Source: Anolis carolinensis (lineage: Eukaryota). Taken from it: a stretch of DNA of 64,000 bases. The stretch covers positions 30,064,024 to 30,128,023 of the forward strand of contig NC_085845.1 in NCBI RefSeq assembly GCF_035594765.1, given 5' to 3'. Of this stretch, positions 50,023-60,910 are shown in pieces (position 1 is the stretch's first letter; every line of letters starts with the position of its first letter). The notes under the pieces are model-generated. The model was not told where the DNA came from. It ran no database searches and was given only the letters and a program-made list of their open reading frames with translations. The translations under genes and the position numbers were made by a program.

Positions 50023-53000
50023 GAGAGGAATAGGTGTGGTAGTCTTCAGGACAGACCCCCCGGCCTTAAGGTTTTGCTTCTGAATGCCAGATCTGTCAAT
50101 GGTAAGACAGCTGTTATTCAGGATTTAATCCTGGATGAGGGGGCGGATCTGGCATGCATCACCGAGACGTGGTTGGACGAGCTGGGTGGGGTGAACCTCA
50201 CTCAGTTGTGTCCACCGGGTTTTGGGGTGCATCAGCAGGCCAGGGCTGGGGGGCGGGGAGGAGGAGTCGCGGTGATCTTTCGGCAGTCCATCGCCCTGAT
50301 CAGATGTGCCGTTCCACAAACTTCGAGGTTCGAGTGTGTCTTCCTGAGGGTGGGAGCCCGAGACAGTGTGGGGATTTTGCTGGTGTACCGTCCACCCCGC
50401 GACCCAGCAGTCTCCCTGTCCGAGCTAGCAGATGTGGTCTCTAATGTGGCCCTGGCCTCCCAACAACTTATAGTTTTGGGAGACTTTAACATTCATGCCG
50501 AGACCACATTGACAGGTGCAGCTCAGGATTTCATGGTTGCCATGACGACCATGGGGCTGTCTCAAGTTATATCTGGGCCCACACATCAGGCGGGACACAT
50601 GTTGGACCTTGTTTTTATTGTGGACGGTGGAACAGTCAGAGTGGAAGAGCAAAATATTCTTCCATTGTCATGGTCTGACCATCATCTGATCTGTGTAAGT
50701 TTCGCCGTGTCTTCTAACCTCCGCAGGGGTGGTGGACCCACTAAGATGGTCCGACCCAGGAGGCTGATGGATCCGGATGGACTCCTGAGGTCTCTTGGGG
50801 ATCTTCCTGTTCTGGAGACTGGCGATCCTGTCAATGTCCTGGCTGATCGCTATAATAGTGAGCTGGCAAGGGCATTGGACATGATCGCTCCCGAACGTCC
50901 CCTCTCGTTGCGCAGAGCCACGTCGACCCCTTGGTTCACTGAGGAGCTGGCTGTGATGAAGCGTACGAGGAGGGGACTAGAGTGCATCTGGAGGAAATCT
51001 CAGGACGTGTCAGACCAAGCACGGGCTAAAGCCGCTATTAAGGCTTACTCCGTGGCTCTGCGAGCAGCCAGGAAAGCTTTCACGACTGCTCGCATAGCGT
51101 CTGCGGCCAATAGGCCAACTGAGCTGTTCCGAGTTGTGGGAGAGTTTCTGCGGCCTCCTGAGGCCCAGGGGCTCCCCTATGACTTGGCAGCCAGGTGCAG
51201 CGATTTCGCGCACCATTTTGCAGGCAAAGTTGCTCAGATACGCCGTGACTTGGACTCCAGTTTAATTGTAGTTCCAGCGGAGGTAACCGAGGTACCTGTC
51301 TGTTCGATCTTGTGGGATTCTTTCCGGCTTGTTCTTCCTGATGACGTGAAGGGGATTCTTGGGTCTGTGAGGGCGACCACTTGCGCTCTGGATCCTTGTC
51401 CCTCTTGGCTGGTTAAGCTGGCCAAAGAGGGGCTGTTGGATTGGTTTGTGACTATAATTAATGCCTCTGTGTGCCAGGGGTCAGTTCCATCCTGCTTTAA
51501 GCAGGCGGTAGTAAAACCGCTACTTAAAAAGTCCTCGTTAGACCCATCCGTATGTAACAACTACAGACCAATTTCCAACCTCCCATTTTTGGGCAAGGTT
51601 CTGGAGCGGGTGGTTGCCTCGCAGCTCCAGGGGTTCCTCGATGACACTGATTTTCTGGACCGCTCGCAGTCTGGCTTCAGGCCTGGGCACAGTACCGAGA
51701 CGGCTTTGGTCGCCTTGGTGGATGACCTCCGCAGGGAACTGGACAGGGGGAGTGTGACCCTGCTGGTTCTCCTGGACATCTCAGCGGCTTTCGATACCAT
51801 CGACCATGGTATCCTTCTGGGACGGCTGTCTGGGATGGGGCTTGGTGGCACTGTTTTGCAGTGGCTCCGGTCCTTCCTGGAGGGCCGTTCCCAGATGGTG
51901 AAGCTGGGGGACACCTGCTCGGACCCCTGGCCTTTGACCTGTGGGGTCCCGCAAGGGTCTATTCTTTCCCCCATGCTTTTCAACATCTACATGAAACCGC
52001 TGGGAGAGGTCATCCGGAGTTTTGGAGGGCGTTGCCATCTCTACGCAGATGACACGCAAATCCACTACTCGTTCCCATCTGACTCCAAGGAAGCCCCTCG
52101 GATGCTGAACCAGTGCCTGGCCGCTGTGGCGGACTGGATGAGGAGGAACAAGCTGAGGATCAATCCCGACAAGACAGAGGCCCTCCTGGTCAGTCGCTCG
52201 TCGGATCGGGGTATTGGGTGGCAACCTGTGCTGGACGGGGTTGCACTCCCCCTGAAATCACAGGTCCGCAGTTTGGGGGTCCTCCTGGATTCAGCGTTGA
52301 CGCTTGAGGCTCAGGTGTCGGCGGTGGCCGGGAGGGCTTTTGCACAACTCAAACTTGTGCGCCAACTGCGACCATACCTCGTGAAGTCTGACTTGACCAC
52401 GGTGGTGCACGCCTTAGTTACCTCTAGACTGGACTACTGTAATGCACTCTACGTGGGGCTTCCCTTGAAGACGGCCCGGAAATTACAACTAGTCCAACGC
52501 TCGGCGGCCAGATTAATAACGGGAGCGAGTTTCAGGGAGAGATCTACTCCCTTGTTTAAGGAGCTCCACTGGCTGCCGTTCATTTTCCGGTCCCAATTCA
52601 AGGTGCAGACCATCATTTATAAAGCCCTAAACGGTTTGGGACCCGCCTACCTTCGTGACCGCATCTCCTACTATAAACCTGCCCGAGCCCTTCGTTCATC
52701 TGGGGAGGCCCTCCTGTCTCCACTGCCTTTATCACAGGCCCGCCTTGTGGGAACAAGGGAGAGGGCCTTTTCTGCTGTGGCCCCCCGTTTGTGGAACTCA
52801 CTGCCCATTGAGATCAGGCTAGCCCCCACTCTTTTAGCCTTTAGGAAAGTTTTAAAAACATGGCTCTTCCGGTGTGCTTTCGGAGAGTAATTGTATATAC
52901 CTCCTGTGTTTCTCTCCCCAACATGTATTCTGTAGACCCTGTTCCCATGGTTTTATTCTTATCTCTTCTTACCCCGAGTTTTTAACCTTGTGTCCATGCG

Positions 53001-53210
53001 GCCCGCCCTTGTTATGTTATGCTACGTTCTGCTTTTTTGTTCTGTATTGTGTAGTGTTATTGTTGCATTGTTTAATTGCATTCTGATATGTTGTTTTTAT
53101 ATTTTGTCTATTGTATTGTCTTGGGCATGGCCCCATGTGAGCCGCCCCGAGTCCCCGTTGGGGAGATGGTGGCGGGGTATAAATAAAGTTTTATTATTAT
53201 TATTATTATT
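50023..53210 (+). mobile_element. Young 5'-truncated L2 LINE (second family)
   Basis: Intact EN-RT ORF; 3' stem-loop and (TTA)n tail; TSD ATCCTG (50017-50022, 53211-53216). Confidence 0.9.
50074..52890 (+). CDS. L2 ORF2 endonuclease/reverse transcriptase, uninterrupted (native start lost to 5' truncation)
   Basis: NARS, ITETW, GGGVA, GDFN, SDH, YADD, SRLDYCN and LHWLP in one 938-codon frame. Confidence 0.93.
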   Translation: MLLNARSVNGKTAVIQDLILDEGADLACITETWLDELGGVNLTQLCPPGFGVHQQARAGGRGGGVAVIFRQSIALIRCAVPQTSRFECVFLRVGARDSVGILLVYRPPRDPAVSLSELADVVSNVALASQQLIVLGDFNIHAETTLTGAAQDFMVAMTTMGLSQVISGPTHQAGHMLDLVFIVDGGTVRVEEQNILPLSWSDHHLICVSFAVSSNLRRGGGPTKMVRPRRLMDPDGLLRSLGDLPVLETGDPVNVLADRYNSELARALDMIAPERPLSLRRATSTPWFTEELAVMKRTRRGLECIWRKSQDVSDQARAKAAIKAYSVALRAARKAFTTARIASAANRPTELFRVVGEFLRPPEAQGLPYDLAARCSDFAHHFAGKVAQIRRDLDSSLIVVPAEVTEVPVCSILWDSFRLVLPDDVKGILGSVRATTCALDPCPSWLVKLAKEGLLDWFVTIINASVCQGSVPSCFKQAVVKPLLKKSSLDPSVCNNYRPISNLPFLGKVLERVVASQLQGFLDDTDFLDRSQSGFRPGHSTETALVALVDDLRRELDRGSVTLLVLLDISAAFDTIDHGILLGRLSGMGLGGTVLQWLRSFLEGRSQMVKLGDTCSDPWPLTCGVPQGSILSPMLFNIYMKPLGEVIRSFGGRCHLYADDTQIHYSFPSDSKEAPRMLNQCLAAVADWMRRNKLRINPDKTEALLVSRSSDRGIGWQPVLDGVALPLKSQVRSLGVLLDSALTLEAQVSAVAGRAFAQLKLVRQLRPYLVKSDLTTVVHALVTSRLDYCNALYVGLPLKTARKLQLVQRSAARLITGASFRERSTPLFKELHWLPFIFRSQFKVQTIIYKALNGLGPAYLRDRISYYKPARALRSSGEALLSPLPLSQARLVGTRERAFSAVAPRLWNSLPIEIRLAPTLLAFRKVLKTWLFRCAFGE

Positions 53211-55190
53211 ATCCTGTAGTTGGGTAACTGGGACAGAAGATTCTGTTGGTGTACCGTGCACCTTGCTGATGAATAGTCTCTCTTCCTAAGCTAACCAGCA
53301 TGGTCTCGGGGTTGGTTTTGGAGTCTCATCAGCTAATAGTGCTGGGAGATTTAAACATCCATGCTGAGACTGCCCTTTTGGGAGTGGCTCAGGACTTCAT
53401 GGCCTCCATGACAACCATGGGATTGTCCCAAGTGATGTCTTGCCCTACCCATGTTGCTGGGCACACTTTGGACTTTGTTTTTTGTATGGGATGAAATAAT
53501 GGTGATTGTGGTGTGGTGGAACTTGTCACAGTTCCATTTTCATGGACCGATCACTACCTGATCAGATTTAGATTTGCTGGAACTCCAAACCTCTGCAGGA
53601 GTTGGGGACTTATTAAGATGATCTGCCCCCAGAAGGCTTATTGAGCAGGATGGATTCCTCATGGCTCTTGGGGACTTTCCTGTCATCTTGGCAGGCAATT
53701 CTGTCAAAACTCTGACTGACCTCTGAAATGAGGAAATGACTAGGGTGATGGACACAATCACCCCCTCTCATAGAGCAGAGCTAAACCAGCCCCTTGCTTT
53801 TCCAAGGAGTTGGCAGCAATGAAGCAAGTGAGACAGAAACTAGAGTAACGTTGGCAGAGAACTCGAAGCAAATCTGACCAAGCATGGCTTTCAATACTGT
53901 TGACCATGGTATCCTTCTGGGTCATCTTGCTGGGATCGGCCTGGGTGGCACTGTCTTGCAGTGGCTCCCGTTCTTCCTGGAGGGCCATACCCAGAAGATG
54001 GTGCTGGGGCACCCCTGTTCAAACCCCTGGCCATTGACCTGTGAGGTTCCTCAGGATTATATTTTGTCCCCATGCTGTTTAACATATACATGGAACCACT
54101 GGGAGAGGTCATCCAGAGTTTTGGAGTACAGTGCCACCTATATGCAGATTACACCCAACTCTACTACTCCTTTTCACCTACAGCCAAGGAAGCTGTCCTG
54201 TCATCAATAATGGACTGGATGGGGGCAATAAAATTGAAACTTGATCCAGACAAGACTGAGGTACTCCTGGTCAGTCGGAAGGCAGACCAGGGAATAAGGA
54301 TTCAGCCTTTCTGGATTGGGTTACACTCTCCCTGAAGACACAGGTTCATAGTTTAGGAGTCCTCATGGACTCAGCATTGAACCTGGAGGCTCAGGTATCT
54401 GTGGTGGCCAGGAGGTCCTTTGCACAATTAAAACTTTTGCTCTAACTACACCCGTTCCTTGAGAAGCCAGATCTGGTCATGGTGGTACATGCCTTAACTG
54501 CATACCGTCTGGAATACTGTAATGTGCTCTACATGGGCCTGCCTCTGAAGAGTGCTCCGAAACTTCAGTTGGTCCAAAGAGTTGCAGCCAGATTGCTAAC
54601 TGGGGCTGGCTACAGGGAGCGAACAACCCCTGTTGTAGCAGCTCCACTTCCTGCCAGTCTGTTTCCGGGCACATTTCTATGTGCTGGTTATGACATTTAA
54701 AGCCCTAGACAGTTCAGGTCCAGGTTATTTGGCTGACCACATCCCCTTGTACAAACCTGCCCAGGCCCTGAGATCTTCAGGAGAGGCCCTTCTCTCAGTC
54801 TCACCTCAAGTTCATTTGGGGGAAATGAGAGAGTGGGCCTTCCTTCTCGGTAGCTGCCCCTCGACTCTGGAACTCCCTGCCCAGGGAAGCCAGAATGGCC
54901 CCCTCTCTGCTGTCCTTCCAGTGGTGGGCTAAAACCTTTTTATTCAGACCAGCTTTCAAAGAAGGTTTTTAAGACCAGTTCAGGGGGTGCTGTGGTTTTA
55001 ACTTTGAATATAAATTGAATATGTTTGGATGGTTTTTAACTGTGATTTTAAAAATACTGTTTACATTTAATTCTGTTTTAATATGTGTATATTTGCATAT
55101 TTTAAATTGTGTACTAATGTTTTTATCCTAAACCACTTTGAGTCCCCTTCAGGAGAGATAAAGCAGGATCATAATACATATAATAAATAT
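53211..55190 (+). pseudogene. Older degenerate L2 copy with an internal deletion
   Basis: Collinear with 50340-52890 but with many stops and frameshifts; at ~53885 it jumps from the 51020-equivalent to the 51786-equivalent position. Confidence 0.85.
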
Positions 55191-57666
55191 AAACATAAAC
55201 TAAACATACTACTACTACCACCACTACTAATAAAAAATAGCATCATAAAATATATCTGTAATGTTTGACTTCTTTATGTTTGATAAGTCTTCAAAAGTAG
55301 TCAAGAAGCAAAGATTTAAAAAGAAGATGGTTCCTAACCATCATTCATGATATTACCAGCTTGCACCCGTAACTAGCAGGAGAGTATGTATTATATACAT
55401 TCCCATTTGGATTCATATGGATTTGTGTGTGTGTGTGTGTGTGTGTATACAGTCAGTTCAATCTGCCATCAAACCAGTTGCACATTTAAAAATATGTTCC
55501 TTCCCATGAGTTTCTCTTATGGGTGTGGTAGTTTAATGTAGCTGATGATAGAAGATAGTTTGAAACTTTTGACAGGGATTTCTGACAGGAATCTCAATTT
55601 GTGAATTCCCAAAGGTTGCAACATTTGCATTTGGGGCTGCTTTTCAACTGCACTCGTATTTCCTTGTCCTCAGCCTGAAATGAAACAAAATCACACCTTT
55701 CTTCTGCTTCCAGACCTTTCCTCTTTTGTTGTCCCTTATCTGATTTTATTTGCTGAATAAACCAGAAGGCAAGCTATGAAATCTCAGCTCCAAGGTTTGA
55801 GAATAGCAATATCCACCATGTTCCCATGTTTTTATTTCATGTTTCCCTGGATTTAATTTGTAGAGTGTTGGTGAGAAGTACAGTATAATATGACTTACAA
55901 TGTTCTTCTCATAAGTCTGACTGACTGTACATAAACATTTAATTATTATGAATTTTGAAATGTTGCATGGGAACAATGTTTGCTCTACAAATCAGCAGAG
56001 TGCTCATTTATCATGCCATTAAAATCATAAAAGAAAAACAGTCACATATTATACAATTGAAATGTATCCTTGATATGTTGTTGCAACATTTCACTTCACA
56101 TGGTGGAAGGGCAGGTTCCCTCCCTCTACCACACATTCAAAAGAACATGGGATACATAACTTGCTTATTAATGAAACAATTTGCAAGACTGGGAGATTTC
56201 TAGTCCATCTGGCTTCCATTTTAACAAGCTATGTGATCCCTTCTGGAAGGGAGATATTTTCACATCAGTCCTTTGCTTAGGACCTCTTGGTAGAGGCATT
56301 AAAAAAAAAGCTGTGTTCTGGGTGCAATGCATCCTTCCCACTTTTTCCTCACCATGTGCATGAGAACACCATTAAGGGTACTGAAGTTTGGGATAATTGA
56401 TACAAACTCTTCTAAATAAGGTCATGGGTAGCACAGCATAGTCAGATGTATTACTCTTCTCTAAAATGAACATTATTGTAACATGTATTCAATTAAAAAT
56501 AAAAGAAAGAGTCAAGTCCCCCAACCATAACCTGAGCAAGTGTATCTTATTAGCCTCTATGTTCTTCTTTCCCTCTTTCTCAGTACAAAATGATTTAATC
56601 CTTCATAGATGCAGTAAAATTATTTGCCCATCTAAGGTATAAATGGATTCTCTTGTATCTGTCCTGGATTTATATATGGAACCGAATTGTACAGCACTGA
56701 TTTATCTTTTGCATCTGGCACAGAGCTATAATGATTCACTCCGTTTCAAGACCGGTTTGGCAAGTTTATCTTGCTTGCCGTTTGCATTTTTGAAAATGAA
56801 AATATATTCCAGAGCTTTTGATGTGTCGATTGGGAAGAAGGTAAAGACAGCTGCACACACAGTCCCAAGAGAGCCAGCTCAATGGCTAAATGAAGATCTC
56901 GAGTGCTTTCTTGTTAGCCAAGATAGATCTACATCCAGATGAACCAAAATTAGTCAATAGTGAAGGCTCTTAGGAGCAGGCGATCAGAAGCCACAAATCA
57001 GTTTTCCTGGGGACTTTGTTATTGGCAGATTGTGCCTTGGGCTATGCCCTGCTGCTGCTTGCTTGGTTGTAATTTTTCCCCCAGTGAAGTTTTAAAGTCG
57101 CAGGCTGAGGCTATAACAGGAGTCTCTTGACAATGAGGCTGTCACTAGCCCATCAGATATCAATCTGTTATCAAACAAATTGTGGCTTGAAAGCATTCCC
57201 TTTCTTTGTTGTTAGCAAGTTGTGTAATCCACAAAAGCAATTTGAGTGTGTGTGTGTGTTCATTGCTATTATGGTCTGAAAGCCCAGTGCTGGGAATACT
57301 TGCTTAGAATTCAGTGTGCAACTTATTTTGTATAGATGTGACTTCATATAGTCACTTGTTTGTTCTTTTTTTCCCCCTTGGATTCATGATATTGCATGAA
57401 GAGTGCCATGATGAGGGAGATAGTTACTTTTTCCAAAATTCTATGGTCAGCATGGCCAAGAGGATTTTGATTACTCTACTCTAAAAATTAACTCCTCCCA
57501 GTTATGGGGAAAAAATAGAGGCCTCCTCTTTTCACTACATTCTTTGATATTTGGTCATCACTAGGGCTGGGAAAATCTGTAACTTTCCTAATCTCCTGCA
57601 TCTGTGTTTCTGAAACATATATTTAATTTACATTCCACCATTCTCCTTGGACAGTGCCAAGGCCAG

Positions 57667-57895
57667 TTTATTTATTTATTTACAGCATTTATATCCCGCC
57701 CTTCTCACCCCGAAGGGGACTCGGCGCAGATCACATTACACATATAGGCAAACATTCAATGCCTTTTAACATAGAACAAAGACAAGACAAACATAGGCTC
57801 TGAGTGGGCCTCGAACTCATGACCTCCTGGTCAGAGTGATTCATTGCAGCTGGTTGCAGCTGGCTTGCTCTCCCGCCTGCGCCACAGCCCGGGCC
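57667..57895 (-). mobile_element. tRNA-derived SINE with L2-type 3' tail
   Basis: Minus-strand A-box TGGCGCAGGCGG, B-box GAGTTCGAGGC, tail gagtccccttcggggtgagaagggcgggatataaat followed by (AAAT)n. Confidence 0.75.
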
Positions 57896-58168
57896 CATTC
57901 AGCTAAAACCAAAGTACAACTAAACAACAACAAAAAGCCTATTTGTACAAAAGTTTTAAAACCAATGAGACAATTTGATTAAAAATGCAATGTTAAATAA
58001 TTAAAAACTCCATTTTAAAAAAATAAAAGCACAGTCCACTTAAAAAGCTGATTCGATGTGAAGGGTAAGTATGTAACTGGCCTGCCTCAATAAAAATATC
58101 TTTCCCTGCCAGCAGAAAGAGAAAAGACCAAGGAATCTTGTAATGATATCTTATTCCTGGACTCTACC

Positions 58169-59320
58169 TGTCAAGAGTCAGATGCCAATTAGCGAACAAA
58201 AATAGTGTTTATTCAGCAGATAAGCCAAAAAGTAATGTTAACACAGAAAAAAACCTTGAAACACTTCACTATCAGTGCTTCAAGAGCAGTTCAAACAAAA
58301 ATATAATTCAGCAACACAAGCAGGTAAAAACAAAGTTAAACAAACTTAGTGCAAACTGCACTTTCTGAGTCCAAGCCCTGCCAGCCGGCTCTGTAGTTTT
58401 CAAAGGAACAGTTCCCAAAAGAAAACACCAAATTGGTCAGGAAACAAACAAACAAACAAACTAAGAATGCAGTAGACTGCTTCCACAATGTGGCTAAAGC
58501 CGAAGGCTCCAAAAGGATGGTGAAAAGACATCGTCCGGGATTCCAAGGTCAGGTCAGGAGATAACAGCGGTGTCCAAAGAGCAAGCCAGGAGTCAAAAGC
58601 CGATAGTAGTCATCAATCACAGGGCGAAGGCAGTAGCAAGGTCAAATTCCGATCCAAGGTCTGAAGAGGGTGCAATCATCCAAAACAGGTCCACGATAAG
58701 ACACAGCGAGAGCCAAGCTAGGTGATAATAGCAGATTCAAATCATAGTCCAAGTCCAGTCTTCATGGAAACACAGAGATCCCAATGGCGCCTCAGCAACA
58801 CCTTGCCACACGCAAGGTGCAGTGGCCAAACATTCCCATTTTATTCCCCTTCCTCCTGGGTGACCAAACACTCACACCCAAACACTAGGTGTCCCAAATC
58901 TACTCAGAGTCTGAGCTCCACACAGCTAGAGCTCGTGGATCTGGAGTACGTAGCAATTCGTCGGAGTCCCAATCATCCTGCCCACACTTAGCCCCATGAA
59001 CACTTAAAGAACCATCCTCCCTTCTCCAAGCATCCCAATTGGGATCAGCTCCTGCAGAAACCCCAGGTTCAGAAGTATCCATAGACCCCAAATCCCCAGA
59101 TATCTCCGGTGGCTGTGCCCATTCAGTGCCCGCTTCCCCAGCCACCACCTGTTCCTCAGCATCCATCTCCCCATCTGAATCTTCCTCAGAAGATCCCCCA
59201 TATAGCTCTCTAAGTCGCTTCCTGCGCAACTCCTCCAGTGAACCCTCATCACGAGGGTTTTTTCTTCCTCTTCGAATTCCAACCCCATCAACCATAATCC
59301 CCGAAGGCGCAGTCACAACA
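58169..59320 (-). mobile_element. Solo LTR C, 1152 bp
   Basis: Minus strand TGTTGTGACT...CTCTTGACA; TSD CTACC (58164-58168, 59321-59325); AATAAA (minus) at 58208-58213. Confidence 0.88.
58900..59319 (-). CDS. LTR C U3 open frame, 139 aa, basic NLS-like N-part and acidic remainder; homolog of the LTR D protein
   Basis: ORF-track 58900..59316; starts T|GTT at the LTR end; RRGRK.PR...SLEE..RKRLR motif shared with LTR D. Confidence 0.65.
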   Translation of the reverse strand, partial: VVTAPSGIMVDGVGIRRGRKNPRDEGSLEELRRKRLRELYGGSSEEDSDGEMDAEEQVVAGEAGTEWAQPPEISGDLGSMDTSEPGVSAGADPNWDAWRREDGSLSVHGAKCGQDDWDSDELLRTPDPRALAVWSSDSE

Positions 59321-59378
59321 CTACCTCTTCAAACTTTGGTGATCAAGTTATCATGAATCCATAAAATAATTATGTTAT

Positions 59379-60535
59379 TGTTATGGTTGAGCCTTATGGC
59401 TCCAATACTGGGAGACGTGGTCGTAAGACTCCTCGAGAGTCAGACTCTCTTGAGGAGCGAGAGAGGAAACGGCTGCGGGATATCTTTGCAGAACCATCTG
59501 ACGAAGACTCCTTTGAGGGTTTTACTGAGAGAATGGAGGAAGAGGTGGTTAGCTCAGAGGAGGATGACATGGAATGGACTCGTGTGAGGGAGGATTTGGG
59601 TGTTCTTGGTAATGATAGCATGGGAAGCGACTGGCGGGTTGCAGGATCGGACCCGTGGACGAGTTGGAGGGATGGGACGGGATCCACAGCTGGGGATGCT
59701 GTGGGGCGTAGTCAAAGATGTTTTCGTTCTGATGAGGATGATGATGATGAGGCACCTGGAATTAGGGTAACACCTGATAGTGATGAGGAGTTGTAACTGG
59801 CATAAAATGGGGTCTTGAATCCAGGGCTAATTGCGTTGGGCAAGGTAATCTGGACGGACGCTTGGGATCTTGTTTGGGAAAATCCTGAAGACGGGTGTGT
59901 TTCGTTTGCTGAATACGTAAGTTACCAAGGACACTGGGCATAGGCGGCGGGAGGAACTGTGTGGGCTTTTGTTGTGCAACCTGTGTTTAATCTTATTAGC
60001 TTGGACCTCCGTCGTCTTCTTGACGGACATTATTTACCTACTCGGAATTGACGCTGGACTGGCTGACTGACTACGACCTGGGACTACCCTTTCTTGACTA
60101 TCGTTGGAATTCGTGGAATCTAAGACGCCTGCACCTGGTAATCGACCTCGGACCGGATTGGGACCCCGCTGACGCTGCAACCCTTGATTGATGTGTTTGG
60201 ACCCGGAGTTCGCCCGCTGCACGGAGGAGTAACAACTTAGTTGCTCAACCACAGCTGTTGAGTAGCAGAGAGGAATCTGCTGCCAGTATTTATGTTCTAT
60301 TGAATCTTTGTTTACTAGCTTTTGTTTGTTTATAGTCCCAGGCTGAAGTAAGCATTTTTGGTTTAACCCGGATTAAACTCCTGTTTAATCTGGTTTATCT
60401 TTTGAACCATTTTTGAGTGACTTTTCATATTGAAGGCGAGTGTTTGCCTAGCTCTTTGTTTTTTACGAGCATTTTTGGTTCTGTATCTTTAATAAACTGT
60501 GTTGAATCTTATCTACTGGCGTTCTGTCCTTGACA
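59379..60535 (+). mobile_element. Solo LTR D, 1157 bp
   Basis: TGTTATGG...CCTTGACA; TSD GTTAT (59374-59378, 60536-60540); CATAAAA at ~59801; AATAAA at ~60491. Confidence 0.88.
59380..59796 (+). CDS. LTR D U3 open frame, 138 aa, with helix-acidic-FxGF (TIM/IBM-like) motif
   Basis: ORF-track 59383..59796; LRDIFAEPSDEDSFEGF at 59473-59523. Confidence 0.65.
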   Translation, partial: VMVEPYGSNTGRRGRKTPRESDSLEERERKRLRDIFAEPSDEDSFEGFTERMEEEVVSSEEDDMEWTRVREDLGVLGNDSMGSDWRVAGSDPWTSWRDGTGSTAGDAVGRSQRCFRSDEDDDDEAPGIRVTPDSDEEL

Positions 60536-60775
60536 GTTATACTTCACATCTTCATTATTATATGCCTTCTACTATTATGTTCCTCATGTTCAATAAAATC
60601 TGGGGAGGAAGAAAAGGGAGACAGGGGGAGCAAAACCTTTCACAGGAGGAAATTCCAGAACCTGAGAACAGCCACTGTGTCCACACCAAACATTCACAAA
60701 AACATTCACAGATCTGTCAAAATCTTCAAGCAAACAGAAATAGGTTTTCACCAACCATATGCAATAGATTAAGGC

Positions 60776-60910
60776 CAGAGTTTCTCAAACTGTGATCCTC
60801 CAGATCTTTTGGACTTCAGCTCCCACAATTTCTAATAGCTGGTAAACTGACTGGGATTTCTGGGAGCTGAAGTCCAAATCCCCTGGAGGAGCAGAGTTTG
60901 ATAAACACTG
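60776..60910. mobile_element. Palindromic hAT MITE
   Basis: cagagtttctcaaact...agtttgataaacactg; related to 30486-30620. Confidence 0.65.

Noticed and set aside
58169-60535. LTR C and D as one DIRS-like element with inverted LTRs
   Set aside because: Each has its own distinct 5-bp TSD, the DNA is diverged, and there is no internal RT or tyrosine recombinase.
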